Of a stretch of DNA of 64,000 nucleotides, positions 8,620 to 17,029 are shown piece by piece (position 1 is the stretch's first letter; each line of letters begins with the position of its first letter). The notes under the pieces were generated by a model. It saw nothing but the letters and a program-made list of their open reading frames with translations. It did no database searches and was not told where the DNA came from. This DNA is from an uncultured Lachnospiraceae bacterium (GTDB lineage Bacteria; Bacillota; Clostridia; Lachnospirales; Lachnospiraceae): contig CACZQN010000055.1 in assembly GCA_902783375.1 (NCBI GenBank), forward strand, positions 12,100 through 76,099, read 5' to 3'. Both the position numbers and the translations under genes were made by a program.

Positions 8620-9630
8620 TTACATCGGGGATGCAGTTGCTTTTTTATATCGGATATCGTCACCGAGAAGGTGGACGATACGATAGTCACTGATAATTCT
8701 TGAGAAAATCCGGTCGCTGTACGTGCGCTGGATCTCCGCAAGGGAGAGATTCGAGGAGATGACCGTTGCCTTCTCCCGGAGCCCGCGCTCATTGATCAGC
8801 AGGTACAGCCGGCTGGTGGTGAATGCATTCGCCAGTTCCGTTCCCAGGTCGTCGATGATCAGAAGATCGCAGGAGAGGAACAGGTCGAGCGCAGAGGGAA
8901 GGTCATTCTCCTCTCCGCGGCGGAAGGTAATCTTCTCGAGTGCATCAAAAAGCTCGAAAGCCGTCTGATAGATGACGGACACCCCGTCCGCTGCGAGTGC
9001 GCCGGCGATGCAGTTCGAGAGAAATGTCTTGCCGACACCGGTGACTCCGTACAGGAGCAGGTTCTCATGGGAATCCCGGAAATGCGAGACGAAGGACCGG
9101 CATGTGTCCAGTGCCCGTTCCGCAGCCGCCCGGGCCGTGAGCCCTGTCTGGGGATCCATTACGGTATCATCATACCAGTTCAGCTGGAAATGGTCAAAGG
9201 TTTCTTGCTGCCATTTATTTACAAGCTCCGCCCTCTGGTAAAAAGTGTCAATGATTGTCTGATTCAGGCAATGACACCGCGTTCCGCCATCGAGATATCC
9301 GGTGTCTTTGCAGTCCGGACAGGAGTAGAGCGGTGCGAGATAATCCTCGGGATAGCCATTCTCTTTCAGAAGAGCAGTTTTTCTGGCGATGATGGCAGCC
9401 TGCTCGAGGTGATAGGCGCTGCGGGCCTTCGCATATGCTTCATCAGACAGGCCGATGGATGCCTTGGCAAAGGCTACGGACCGCTCGGCGAGGCTGGCAT
9501 CGAGGGCAGCAAACGCAGGGATTCTCTGGTGGATCTCCTGAATCCGCGCATCATGGATGGCTTTATTGGAGAGCCTCCGGTCATCATAGATCCGGAGAAT
9601 CTGCTCAAACTGTGCATTTTTCAAAGCCAT
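8620..9630 (-). CDS. dnaI: Replication helicase-loader ATPase DnaI/DnaC-like (IstB-type AAA+)
   Basis: N-terminal Cys-rich module CPDCKDTGY...CHC, Walker A 'GVTGVGKTFLS', Walker B 'LLIIDDLGTE'; lies 34 bp downstream of the dnaD-like gene. Confidence 0.8.
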   Translation of the reverse strand: MALKNAQFEQILRIYDDRRLSNKAIHDARIQEIHQRIPAFAALDASLAERSVAFAKASIGLSDEAYAKARSAYHLEQAAIIARKTALLKENGYPEDYLAPLYSCPDCKDTGYLDGGTRCHCLNQTIIDTFYQRAELVNKWQQETFDHFQLNWYDDTVMDPQTGLTARAAAERALDTCRSFVSHFRDSHENLLLYGVTGVGKTFLSNCIAGALAADGVSVIYQTAFELFDALEKITFRRGEENDLPSALDLFLSCDLLIIDDLGTELANAFTTSRLYLLINERGLREKATVISSNLSLAEIQRTYSDRIFSRIISDYRIVHLLGDDIRYKKATASPM

Positions 9631-9664
9631 AATGTCCTCCATGTCGCAAGATCAGGTGCTTCCC

Positions 9665-10756
9665 TCAGGGCCGGTTGGCCAGTTTCCTTTCAAGCTCGGC
9701 AATGTCATTGACGGTATATTCGTGCTGGGTAAAGGCCGTAAAGCGGTTCGCTGCCGGCTTGACGACCGATTTTGCTGCCGGAAGATTGCTCCCGGCCGGG
9801 ATGTTCACCTTGCTGCCGGCGAAGGCCTTGTCTTCTTCGGCAACGGCTTCCGGTGTAAAGATCCCTTTCTTCGACCAGTTCAGGAGAATGCCGTCTGCAT
9901 AGCGGAAATCCGGGCGCCCGGTCTTTAACAGGGCACGGCTGCAGGCTTCCGTGATCAGATTGGTGGCAAAGCCGTACTGGTGGATCCATTTATCGATATA
10001 CTGGCGCTCCGCTGTGCCGGGCAGTCTCCCGAGGCCGAAGGCCTTCGAGACCGCGTTGTAATCCGTATTGTAGCGGATGGACGCTTCCTTGGCCTGATCG
10101 ATGGTGCGGATTCCCTCATCCGCCCAGGCAAGGGCGACCTTCTCGATGTAGGCAGACTTGTTGTTGCCGCGGCTTGCGCAGTACTCGTACAGGTACAGGA
10201 TCAGTTCCGAAGAGAAGCCGATCTCTTCGAACAGATAGGTGATCAGCTGCTGGTCCGAGGAATTCAGGAGGCGTTCGAGATAGCGCTCGGCGACCTTCAT
10301 GATCCAGGCCAGCTCTTTCTCACTGTCCGATACCGGAGCGGGTACAGGGGCAGGAACAGCCGGTGCGGCAGGCGCAGCAGCATTCTCCTCCGTGACGGTT
10401 TTCTCCTCCGTCAGAGCAGGCTCTTCCTCCTTTTCCTCTTCCGGACGGGCAGGGGTGAGCAGACGGATGCCGCTGATCTCCTTTCCCTGTGCGCGGGAGA
10501 GTGCGAGCAGATGAATCTTCTCCAGGTAATTCAGGGCACGCCGGATATCGCTCTCGGTATGATCGAGCGCATCTGCGATGGAAGACAGGGTGAGCATGGT
10601 CTCGCCGGCCTGAAAATGGCGCAGCAGATACAGATACACCTTCACATAGGACCCATTCGTCCCTGCCATATAATAATCTATAAAATGATTCGAAACCAGC
10701 GTCATATCACCGGTTCCATTGCTCTCCAGGACCATATTGCCCATCATATCCCCCAA
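9665..10756 (-). CDS. dnaD: DnaD/DnaB_2-domain replication initiation / membrane-attachment protein
   Basis: N-terminal winged-helix DnaD-like region, PAPAVPAPVPAPV linker, C-terminal DnaB_2-like 'YxxxIxxxW' region; precise start uncertain (several ATGs at 10744-10756). Confidence 0.7.
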   Translation of the reverse strand: MGDMMGNMVLESNGTGDMTLVSNHFIDYYMAGTNGSYVKVYLYLLRHFQAGETMLTLSSIADALDHTESDIRRALNYLEKIHLLALSRAQGKEISGIRLLTPARPEEEKEEEPALTEEKTVTEENAAAPAAPAVPAPVPAPVSDSEKELAWIMKVAERYLERLLNSSDQQLITYLFEEIGFSSELILYLYEYCASRGNNKSAYIEKVALAWADEGIRTIDQAKEASIRYNTDYNAVSKAFGLGRLPGTAERQYIDKWIHQYGFATNLITEACSRALLKTGRPDFRYADGILLNWSKKGIFTPEAVAEEDKAFAGSKVNIPAGSNLPAAKSVVKPAANRFTAFTQHEYTVNDIAELERKLANRP

Positions 10757-10924
10757 ATCTATCGATTGCCGCGTTCGTTGTGTCGCTGCTTTGCTACATT
10801 GGTGTTACACGCAACCGCCGGCACGCTGGAAAGAGTGCGCAGGCGATACTGCGAGTCCATCTTAGCACAAACAATCGGAAAAGAAAAGGGCAGGACAGGT
10901 CCATGAAAATAGAGTTTCAGGGAT

Positions 10925-11063
10925 TGTGGAAATGTGGATAACTCCGTCCGGAGCTGTGAAAAAGGCAGGAGTTAAACGGTTTTTTCCTGCAAAAATTCAT
11001 CCACAAAAGAATCCACAGCCACTCTCTTTTTTCTTCGGAGAGTGGCTGTGGATATGTGGATAT
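10925..11063. promoter_or_regulatory. Cluster of DnaA-box-like 9-mers (TTATCCACA family), all oriented on the minus strand
   Basis: Perfect TTATCCACA (rc of 10933-10941), a second adjacent box, and 1-2-mismatch boxes at 10997-11005, 11009-11017, 11047-11055 and 11055-11063. Confidence 0.5.
11003..11051 (-). terminator. murC terminator hairpin
   Basis: CCACAGCCACTCTC ... GAGAGTGGCTGTGG 14-bp stem, followed by TTCTTTT on the minus strand. Confidence 0.65.
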
Positions 11064-12445
11064 TATGGCTTCTTCAGGAGAGATTCTCCAACATTTACGA
11101 TGTTTCCGGCTCCCATAGTTATCAACAGATCCCCCTCGGATGCATTGTTGATAAGAAAATTTTCAATATTTTCGAAAGAGCCCAGATAGTGTGCTTCCCG
11201 TCCCAGTGCCAGGACACCGTCAGCGATGTCTTTGGAGGAAATATCCCCCGGATCCTTCTCGCGGGCAGCGTAGATATCTGCCAGCAGGAGGATATCCGCC
11301 TCCGAGAGCACGTGGATGAAGTCGGAGAGGAAATTTTTGGTTCTGGAGTACAGGTGTGGCTGGAACGCGACGATCAGGCGCTTGTGATCCACCTTTCGTG
11401 CGGCAGCAAGGGTAGCGGCAATCTCGGTCGGATGGTGGGCGTAATCATCGATGATGGTCACTCCGTGCCAGGTCCCCTTGACCTGGAAGCGGCGGTCTGT
11501 GCCGCTGAAAGAGGAGAGACCGGTCCTGATCTGTTCAAGAGAGATCCCGTCTGCCTCTGCGATGGCAATCGCAGCCAGTGCGTTGGAGACATTGTGGATG
11601 CCGACGACGCCGAGGTTGATCCGGCCGCGGTTCTCTCCGCAGGTGATCAGATCAAAACTGCCGCGTCCGAAGGCGTCAAAGGTGATATTTTCCGCTGTGT
11701 AGTCTGCATCCGGTTCAAGACCGTAGGTGATCACGCGCGGGCCGGCCTCCGGCAGGAGCTCCTCGTAGTGCTCGATTCCCTTGTTGATGACAATCACTCC
11801 GTTCTCCGGAACCAGGGATGCAAAGCGGCGGAATGATGCACGCTCAGCAGCCAGATCCTTGAAATAATCCAGATGTTCCGGTTCGATATTCAGAATGACA
11901 GCCTTGGTCGGATAGAATTCCAGAAAACTGTCGGTATATTCGCAGGCTTCGACGATGAAGTTCTCGGACTGGCCGATCCGCATATTCCCGTGGATTCCCG
12001 GCATGATGCCGCCGACGGAGATGGTCGGATCCATGTCCGCTGCAAGGTAGATGGCGGAGATCATGGAAGTTGTCGTGGTCTTGCCGTGGGTGCCTGCAAC
12101 GTTGATGGCATTCTGATAACCATGCATGATGGCGCCGAGCATCGTGGAGCGTTCATAGAGCGGAAGGCCTGCTGCCTTTGCTGCAGCAAACTCCGGATTG
12201 TCCGGGTGGATGGCTGCGGTGTAGACCACGAGATCAATCCCCGGGACGATGTTGGAAGCGGCCTGCGGATAGGAAATCCGGATGCCGAGGCTTTCCAGAT
12301 GCTCCGTCACGGCACTTCTTGTGAGATCGGAACCGGAGATCACATATCCTCTGGTATGCATCAGCTCTGCAATCCCGCTCATGCTGATGCCGCCGATGCC
12401 GATGAAGTGGATGTGACTCCCGGGTCTGATATCCTGTATATTCAT
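11063..12445 (-). CDS. murC: UDP-N-acetylmuramate--L-alanine ligase
   Basis: N-terminal 'HFIGIGGISMSGIA', Mur ligase central and C-terminal domains; RBS AGGGAG upstream. Confidence 0.92.
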   Translation of the reverse strand: MNIQDIRPGSHIHFIGIGGISMSGIAELMHTRGYVISGSDLTRSAVTEHLESLGIRISYPQAASNIVPGIDLVVYTAAIHPDNPEFAAAKAAGLPLYERSTMLGAIMHGYQNAINVAGTHGKTTTTSMISAIYLAADMDPTISVGGIMPGIHGNMRIGQSENFIVEACEYTDSFLEFYPTKAVILNIEPEHLDYFKDLAAERASFRRFASLVPENGVIVINKGIEHYEELLPEAGPRVITYGLEPDADYTAENITFDAFGRGSFDLITCGENRGRINLGVVGIHNVSNALAAIAIAEADGISLEQIRTGLSSFSGTDRRFQVKGTWHGVTIIDDYAHHPTEIAATLAAARKVDHKRLIVAFQPHLYSRTKNFLSDFIHVLSEADILLLADIYAAREKDPGDISSKDIADGVLALGREAHYLGSFENIENFLINNASEGDLLITMGAGNIVNVGESLLKKP

Positions 12446-12488
12446 AATGATAGAATCTCCCTTATCGTATTATCGTAACTAGTATGAT

Positions 12489-12577
12489 CGTAACTGTTCA
12501 GGGCCGACCCACCCTTATAGACCGCCGCTCCGCGGCTAATCGTTGCTTCGCAACTCTTGTCGGTCCTGAACAGTTAT
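12489..12577. repeat. About 89-bp structured element with 19-bp terminal inverted repeats (TAACTGTTCAGGGCCGAC / GTCGGTCCTGAACAGTTA) enclosing two small GC hairpins; MITE/REP-like
   Basis: TIRs match 18/19. Internal palindromes are GCCGCtccGCGGC and GTTGCttcGCAAC. The right arm recurs at 2111-2126 and 16931-16957. Confidence 0.6.
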
Positions 12578-12614
12578 GGTTTAATTATCATAGCACAATC
12601 AAACGAAATTACAA

Positions 12615-12660
12615 CTGAAAAATCAGACAGATCTTCAGGAAGGTCTGTCTGATTTTCGGT
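12615..12660. terminator. Bidirectional rho-independent terminator
   Basis: AATCAGACAGA-loop-TCTGTCTGATT 11-bp stem with flanking A/T runs. Confidence 0.75.
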
Positions 12661-12670
12661 TCATTTTATC

Positions 12671-13849
12671 TTACTTTGCCGGATCCTCCGGTGTGTTCTC
12701 TGTGGAAGTGGCTTCTGCATCCTGGGATTTCTGCTGATCCGTGACCTCGTTGTAGAGCGGTGTCTGGATCCCCGGATCCATGCCTTTTCCGGCCTGCAGC
12801 TTCCGCTCGCGGCGGAGGGCAGCGGCGGCCGCCTTCTTTTCGGCTTTCGCCTTTCTGCGTTCTTCACCCTTTCCGTTCCGGTTCCGGATGGCTCTGATGA
12901 CCTTGATGATGCCGAATATGATCAGCCCGAGGCAGATGAGAACCAGACCGTAGCGGATGATGAAGAAGAGGATCCCTTCGAGGAAGGAAAGGATGTTGTA
13001 CTTGGCATCCTCAAGCGCTTCCTGCAGACGGTAGCTGAAGGTATCATAGCTGCCCGGATCGATTTCTTCGGTATACTGGACGACTTCGGTCAGGGTCAGG
13101 TAGATCGTCGAATAGTTGACCTTCGAGTCCATGAGCGAAAGACGGTTCTTCACCTGGTTCAGCTCGGCTTCCACATCGGTCAGCCGGGACTCGATGGTGA
13201 TCATGTCTTCGACCGTCTCGGCATCCTCCATCATGGAAAGGAGCCGCTCTTCCTGGATGTTCAGCGCTTCCCGTCTTGCATCGGTATCATAGTACTGGGC
13301 ACTGATGTTTTCCACCGTCATGTTCCGTCTCGTGACGTGGATCGAGCCAAGGCCGGCGATGGAAGAGAGGAACGTGTTGTACTTCCCGGCCGGAACCCGG
13401 ATCGTCAGTTCGATGGTCCGCTTTCCGCGCCCGGTGACGGTGGGGCGGTATACGGAATCTTCCCATTCGTTTTCGCCTTCGGTCAGGCCGCCGACCGCAT
13501 CAATTTCCTTGCGGAGCGCGGAGAGGGCATTCTCATACTCCGTACTTTCGGCACTTATGTTGCAGGTGCGGACGATCTTGTCCGCCAGCAGACCGGAGCC
13601 TTCGCTGGAGGTTTTTGCTTCCGCAGGGGCAGATTCCGGCGTACTCACGTCATAATCGACGGATTCTTCATCATAGGCATAAGCATAATCTGTCTTATAA
13701 TTGACGGTATCGGCAGCGGCATATTCTTTGGCATAACCGCCGGTTGTCGCATAGCTCCCGTTCGAAGAGGAGCCGCCGCAGCCGCTGATCATGAGCAGCA
13801 GACTGATGGCCGCGCACAGAAAGCCATATCGGATTTGTCTGTTCTTCAT
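12671..13849 (-). CDS. DUF4349-like lipoprotein with a C-terminal TM helix and a basic cytoplasmic tail
   Basis: Lipobox 'LLMISGC', coiled-coil extracytoplasmic domain, TM helix 'ILFFIIRYGLVLICLGLIIFGII', and a ~85-aa Lys/Arg/Ala-rich tail; RBS AGAGGAGG. Confidence 0.7.
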   Translation of the reverse strand: MKNRQIRYGFLCAAISLLLMISGCGGSSSNGSYATTGGYAKEYAAADTVNYKTDYAYAYDEESVDYDVSTPESAPAEAKTSSEGSGLLADKIVRTCNISAESTEYENALSALRKEIDAVGGLTEGENEWEDSVYRPTVTGRGKRTIELTIRVPAGKYNTFLSSIAGLGSIHVTRRNMTVENISAQYYDTDARREALNIQEERLLSMMEDAETVEDMITIESRLTDVEAELNQVKNRLSLMDSKVNYSTIYLTLTEVVQYTEEIDPGSYDTFSYRLQEALEDAKYNILSFLEGILFFIIRYGLVLICLGLIIFGIIKVIRAIRNRNGKGEERRKAKAEKKAAAAALRRERKLQAGKGMDPGIQTPLYNEVTDQQKSQDAEATSTENTPEDPAK

Positions 13850-13923
13850 TATAGGTACCTCCTCTCAGTGCAGAACAACTTAAGCTTATATTACCATATT
13901 TTTCAAGAAATGTGTAGTACAAT

Positions 13924-14499
13924 TTATCGCGTCTGCCTCGGAGGGGAATCATCCCCATGATTCGCCTCAGCCGCGGCCATTTCGGTGTAGTATTTCCGGA
14001 AGCGGTTCTTGGCCCGGAAGATCCGCTGGTAGACATTCCGGTCGCTGGTGCCGAGGTTCTCCGCGATTTCCGCCGGTTTCCGGTCGTTCTCAAAGCGCTC
14101 ATACAGGAGGCTGCGGTCGGCAGCGGGCAGCTGTTTCCACGAGAGACGGAAGATCCATGCCTCTTCCTGCCGGATCAGATGGTCTTCCGCGGTTTCGCAG
14201 GAGGCGGGCGTGACGGGCGTCCCGGATGATTCCGGTGCAAACAATCTGCCTTCCCGGCTGTGCCGCCTTCCGAAGTCCGTCAGCTTGTTCAGGAAGATCC
14301 GCCAGAAGATTTTCTGCAGTTCTGCATCCGTCAGAGTGGCTTTTTCTCGCATGAAACTCCACAAAAAAAGAGATGCGCTCTGAAGCACATCTCTTGCATC
14401 TTCCGTGTTCCCGGTTCTTCGTTCCGCCAGACGGAGCATCTTTTTCCGCTCCGGTTCATAAACCCTGGCAAATTGTCGCTGTAACACGTAATCTTTCAT
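13924..14499 (-). CDS. RNA polymerase sigma-70 factor, ECF subfamily
   Basis: Region 2 and region 4 (HTH 'PAEIAENLGTSDRNVYQRIFRAKNRF') are recognisable; the start is 6 nt after the DUF1858 gene's stop (translational coupling). Confidence 0.8.
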   Translation of the reverse strand: MKDYVLQRQFARVYEPERKKMLRLAERRTGNTEDARDVLQSASLFLWSFMREKATLTDAELQKIFWRIFLNKLTDFGRRHSREGRLFAPESSGTPVTPASCETAEDHLIRQEEAWIFRLSWKQLPAADRSLLYERFENDRKPAEIAENLGTSDRNVYQRIFRAKNRFRKYYTEMAAAEANHGDDSPPRQTR

Positions 14500-14505
14500 T
14501 TCTTC

Positions 14506-14715
14506 TTACTCGGCAACTGCCATGTATTCATTCAGCATCTCGCAGAGGTCATCTGCATCAAGCCCATGGACATAAGCAGCCTCTTCAAGTGTCTCACCCA
14601 GAGAAGCCGGGCAGGTAATGCAGTGCATACCGGAATTCATCAGAATCGGGATCAGGCCCGAATCCAGCTGAATGATTTCAGAGATAATCATATCTTTTTT
14701 GATCTTTGGTTCCAT
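14506..14715 (-). CDS. DUF1858 (hybrid-cluster/ScdA-associated redox-disulfide-like) small protein
   Basis: 69-aa protein 'MEPKIKKDMIISEII...CITCPASLGETLEEA'; RBS GGAGGG upstream. Confidence 0.65.
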   Translation of the reverse strand: MEPKIKKDMIISEIIQLDSGLIPILMNSGMHCITCPASLGETLEEAAYVHGLDADDLCEMLNEYMAVAE

Positions 14716-14932
14716 TTGATTCACCCTCCATCTTTGAAAAACCGCATACAGCGGAATACATATTCCTACCAACTCGGTATATTATAGACCCCGCCCTGTA
14801 GCCTGTCAAGTATGGGAATCGTTGAAAAATACACAAAGAATCATATGTTTTTCTCCATTGACAACCTCCTTCTGAATCGTCACAATGAACAGGTGGATAT
14901 TTTTGTGAATTTATCAGATAAGGAGCCTGATC

Positions 14933-15718
14933 ATGCTGTACCTTCTTTTTCTTGCTGTCTGTTTTGGTGCTTCCATCATCGGCGCGATCTGCGGGATCGG
15001 CGGCGGTGTCATCATCAAACCGGTTCTCGACGCCTTTGGCGTCCTGTCCGTCTCGGCGATCAGCTTTCTCTCGAGCTGTACGGTCCTTTCCATGACTGCC
15101 TACTCTGTTGCAAAGAGCAAGCTCAGCGGGAAGTCGGAGATTGACCAGAGCATCGGATTTCCGCTTGCGATCGGCGCTGCGGCAGGCGGCCTGATCGGCA
15201 AATGGCTGTTTGATATCGTCAAATCCATGAGCGCAGATCCCAACCGGGTCGGTGCCGTCCAGGCGCTCTGCCTGCTGATCGTAACCCTTGGAACCCTGAT
15301 CTATACGATTTATAAAGAAAAAATCCCGACGAAAAAACTGACCAATCAGGTTGTCTGCATCGTGATCGGCATCTTCCTCGGCATCCTTTCTTCGTTCCTT
15401 GGAATCGGCGGAGGACCGATCAACCTGGTGGTCCTGTTCTATTTCTTCTCGATGAACACGAAGACCGCTGCAGAGAATTCCCTCTATGTCATTCTCTTTT
15501 CCCAGATCGCGAGTCTCGTGATGACGCTTGTAACCGGGAAGGTTCCGGAAGTGCCGCTGACGCTGCTCATCATGATGGTAGGCGGCGGAATCGCCGGCGG
15601 AATCTGCGGCAGGGCGATCAACAAGAAGATCGAAGAGAAGACGGTCAATAAACTGTTCATCGCCCTGATGGCGGTGATCATCCTGATCAATGTCTATAAC
15701 ATCATCAAATTCATCTGA
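14933..15718 (+). CDS. TSUP-family sulfite/organosulfonate exporter TauE/SafE
   Basis: Two 4-TM repeats each with a GGG motif ('ICGIGGGVI', 'LGIGGGPI'). Confidence 0.85.
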   Translation: MLYLLFLAVCFGASIIGAICGIGGGVIIKPVLDAFGVLSVSAISFLSSCTVLSMTAYSVAKSKLSGKSEIDQSIGFPLAIGAAAGGLIGKWLFDIVKSMSADPNRVGAVQALCLLIVTLGTLIYTIYKEKIPTKKLTNQVVCIVIGIFLGILSSFLGIGGGPINLVVLFYFFSMNTKTAAENSLYVILFSQIASLVMTLVTGKVPEVPLTLLIMMVGGGIAGGICGRAINKKIEEKTVNKLFIALMAVIILINVYNIIKFI

Positions 15719-15731
15719 ATGGAGGCATCGG

Positions 15732-16286
15732 ATGTCAGAGAAAAACCAGATCACCCGTCTGGACCGGGAGATCAGCTTTGCAGGAAGTATTCTGGATTTC
15801 TGCACGGACACCGTCCGTCTGCCGGACGGCGTGATTCAGAAGTGGGATTTCGTGCATCACCGGAAAGGCCGCGGGGCGTGTATCGTCCCGGTCCTGCCGG
15901 ATGGAAGGATTCTGCTGGTGCGCCAGTACCGGCCTGCGCTGGGACGGGAATTCCTGGAACTGCCCGCCGGCGGAATTGACCCGGAAGATCCGGATGCCCT
16001 GACCGCAGCGAAGCGGGAACTGGCAGAAGAGACCGGCTACGGGACGGCAGATGCGAACTGGTCGTTCCTGGCCCGTGTCAATACGGCCGTCGCGTACTGC
16101 GATGAATATACGGATCTGTTTCTGGCAAAAGACATCGCCCCCACCGGTGCCGGACAGCATCTTGACGAGGGCGAAGCCATTGCACTTGCGGTCTATGAAC
16201 CGCAGGAATTGTTGACCATGATCCGGGAAGGAAGCCTGACCGACGGAAAAACCGTCGCGGGGATCCTGGCGTACAGGGCACTGTAA
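15732..16286 (+). CDS. NUDIX hydrolase, ADP-ribose pyrophosphatase-like
   Basis: Nudix box 'GGIDPEDPDALTAAKRELAEETG'; RBS GGAGG + 6 nt. Confidence 0.85.
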   Translation: MSEKNQITRLDREISFAGSILDFCTDTVRLPDGVIQKWDFVHHRKGRGACIVPVLPDGRILLVRQYRPALGREFLELPAGGIDPEDPDALTAAKRELAEETGYGTADANWSFLARVNTAVAYCDEYTDLFLAKDIAPTGAGQHLDEGEAIALAVYEPQELLTMIREGSLTDGKTVAGILAYRAL

Positions 16287-16299
16287 GTGGTAAAGAGGA

Positions 16300-16341
16300 T
16301 AAAAAGAGGACCTGCTCACAAAAGAGCAGGTCCTTTTTGCG
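16300..16341. terminator. Bidirectional rho-independent terminator
   Basis: GAGGACCTGCTC-acaaaa-GAGCAGGTCCTT followed by TTTTT. Confidence 0.8.
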
Positions 16342-16376
16342 TTCAGGATCAGTCGCCGCATCCTGTGATGGCAGCG

Positions 16377-16877
16377 TCAGGTGGCAGCGGCAGCAGCGGC
16401 TGCTGCGGCAGCCAGAGCAGCATCGATGGCAAGCACGACGGTGATCGCGAGCCGCTCATCTTCTTCCCGCTCAATTTCCACCTCATAGGTATCACTCCAG
16501 GACATCCGCTTCTTGTGGATGGAGCAGATGACATGGCCCAGATCAGTGATGATGTAGTCCATCCCGCTGAGCGAGCCTTCGATCTTCATGCCCAGGCCAT
16601 CCAGGGTGTAGTCGGAGTGCAGGCCCCATTTTCCGACAACTTCAAAGATCTTCTCACCGTCTTCGCCACCGCGGAAGACTTCATACCGCGGCAGAAAGGA
16701 CCAGGGCTTGCTTTTCACCAGCGCCACTTCGGTCCCGTCGATCGCATACAGGTGCAGCCGCTTGGTGAAAGACAGCGCACTGTCGCTTTCGGCATAATAG
16801 CGCACCTGTTCATTCTCATCATAGACCTTAAAACGGTCCTTCCACGAAAAAGCTTTCTGCTTGATATAGAGTTTCAT
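16377..16877 (-). CDS. Tubby C-terminal-like / LURP-one-related (DUF567) protein with a poly-Ala C-terminal tail
   Basis: Fold-family resemblance over ~150 aa. The C-terminus 'AAAAAAAAAAT' is encoded by a (GCN)11 tract at 16377-16420. Confidence 0.6.
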   Translation of the reverse strand: MKLYIKQKAFSWKDRFKVYDENEQVRYYAESDSALSFTKRLHLYAIDGTEVALVKSKPWSFLPRYEVFRGGEDGEKIFEVVGKWGLHSDYTLDGLGMKIEGSLSGMDYIITDLGHVICSIHKKRMSWSDTYEVEIEREEDERLAITVVLAIDAALAAAAAAAAAAT

Positions 16878-16930
16878 CTTTCTGACTCCTGATATATCTC
16901 CTGGTCAAAAACAAATGCAACTGCCCCGGA

Positions 16931-16957
16931 ATTCTTGTCGGTCCAGGACAGTTATAC
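16931..16957. repeat. Partial copy of the dispersed repeat (ATTCTTGTCGGTCCAGGACAGTTATAC)
   Basis: 24/26 identical to the right arm of the 12489-12577 element; intergenic, 3' of mecA. Confidence 0.55.
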
Positions 16958-17029
16958 AAAGTGGTAGTAAAAGTGACTGCAGATTCGTTTCTATCTACAG
17001 AGGGACAATCCTCGGGGATCTGCACGCCC

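Noticed and set aside
10925-11063. DnaA-box cluster as the chromosomal origin (oriC)
   Set aside because: No dnaA, dnaN or rpmH nearby. No AT-rich DNA-unwinding element, since the region is GC-rich and contains a terminator hairpin. It is more plausibly a regulatory or titration cluster, so it is reported as such.
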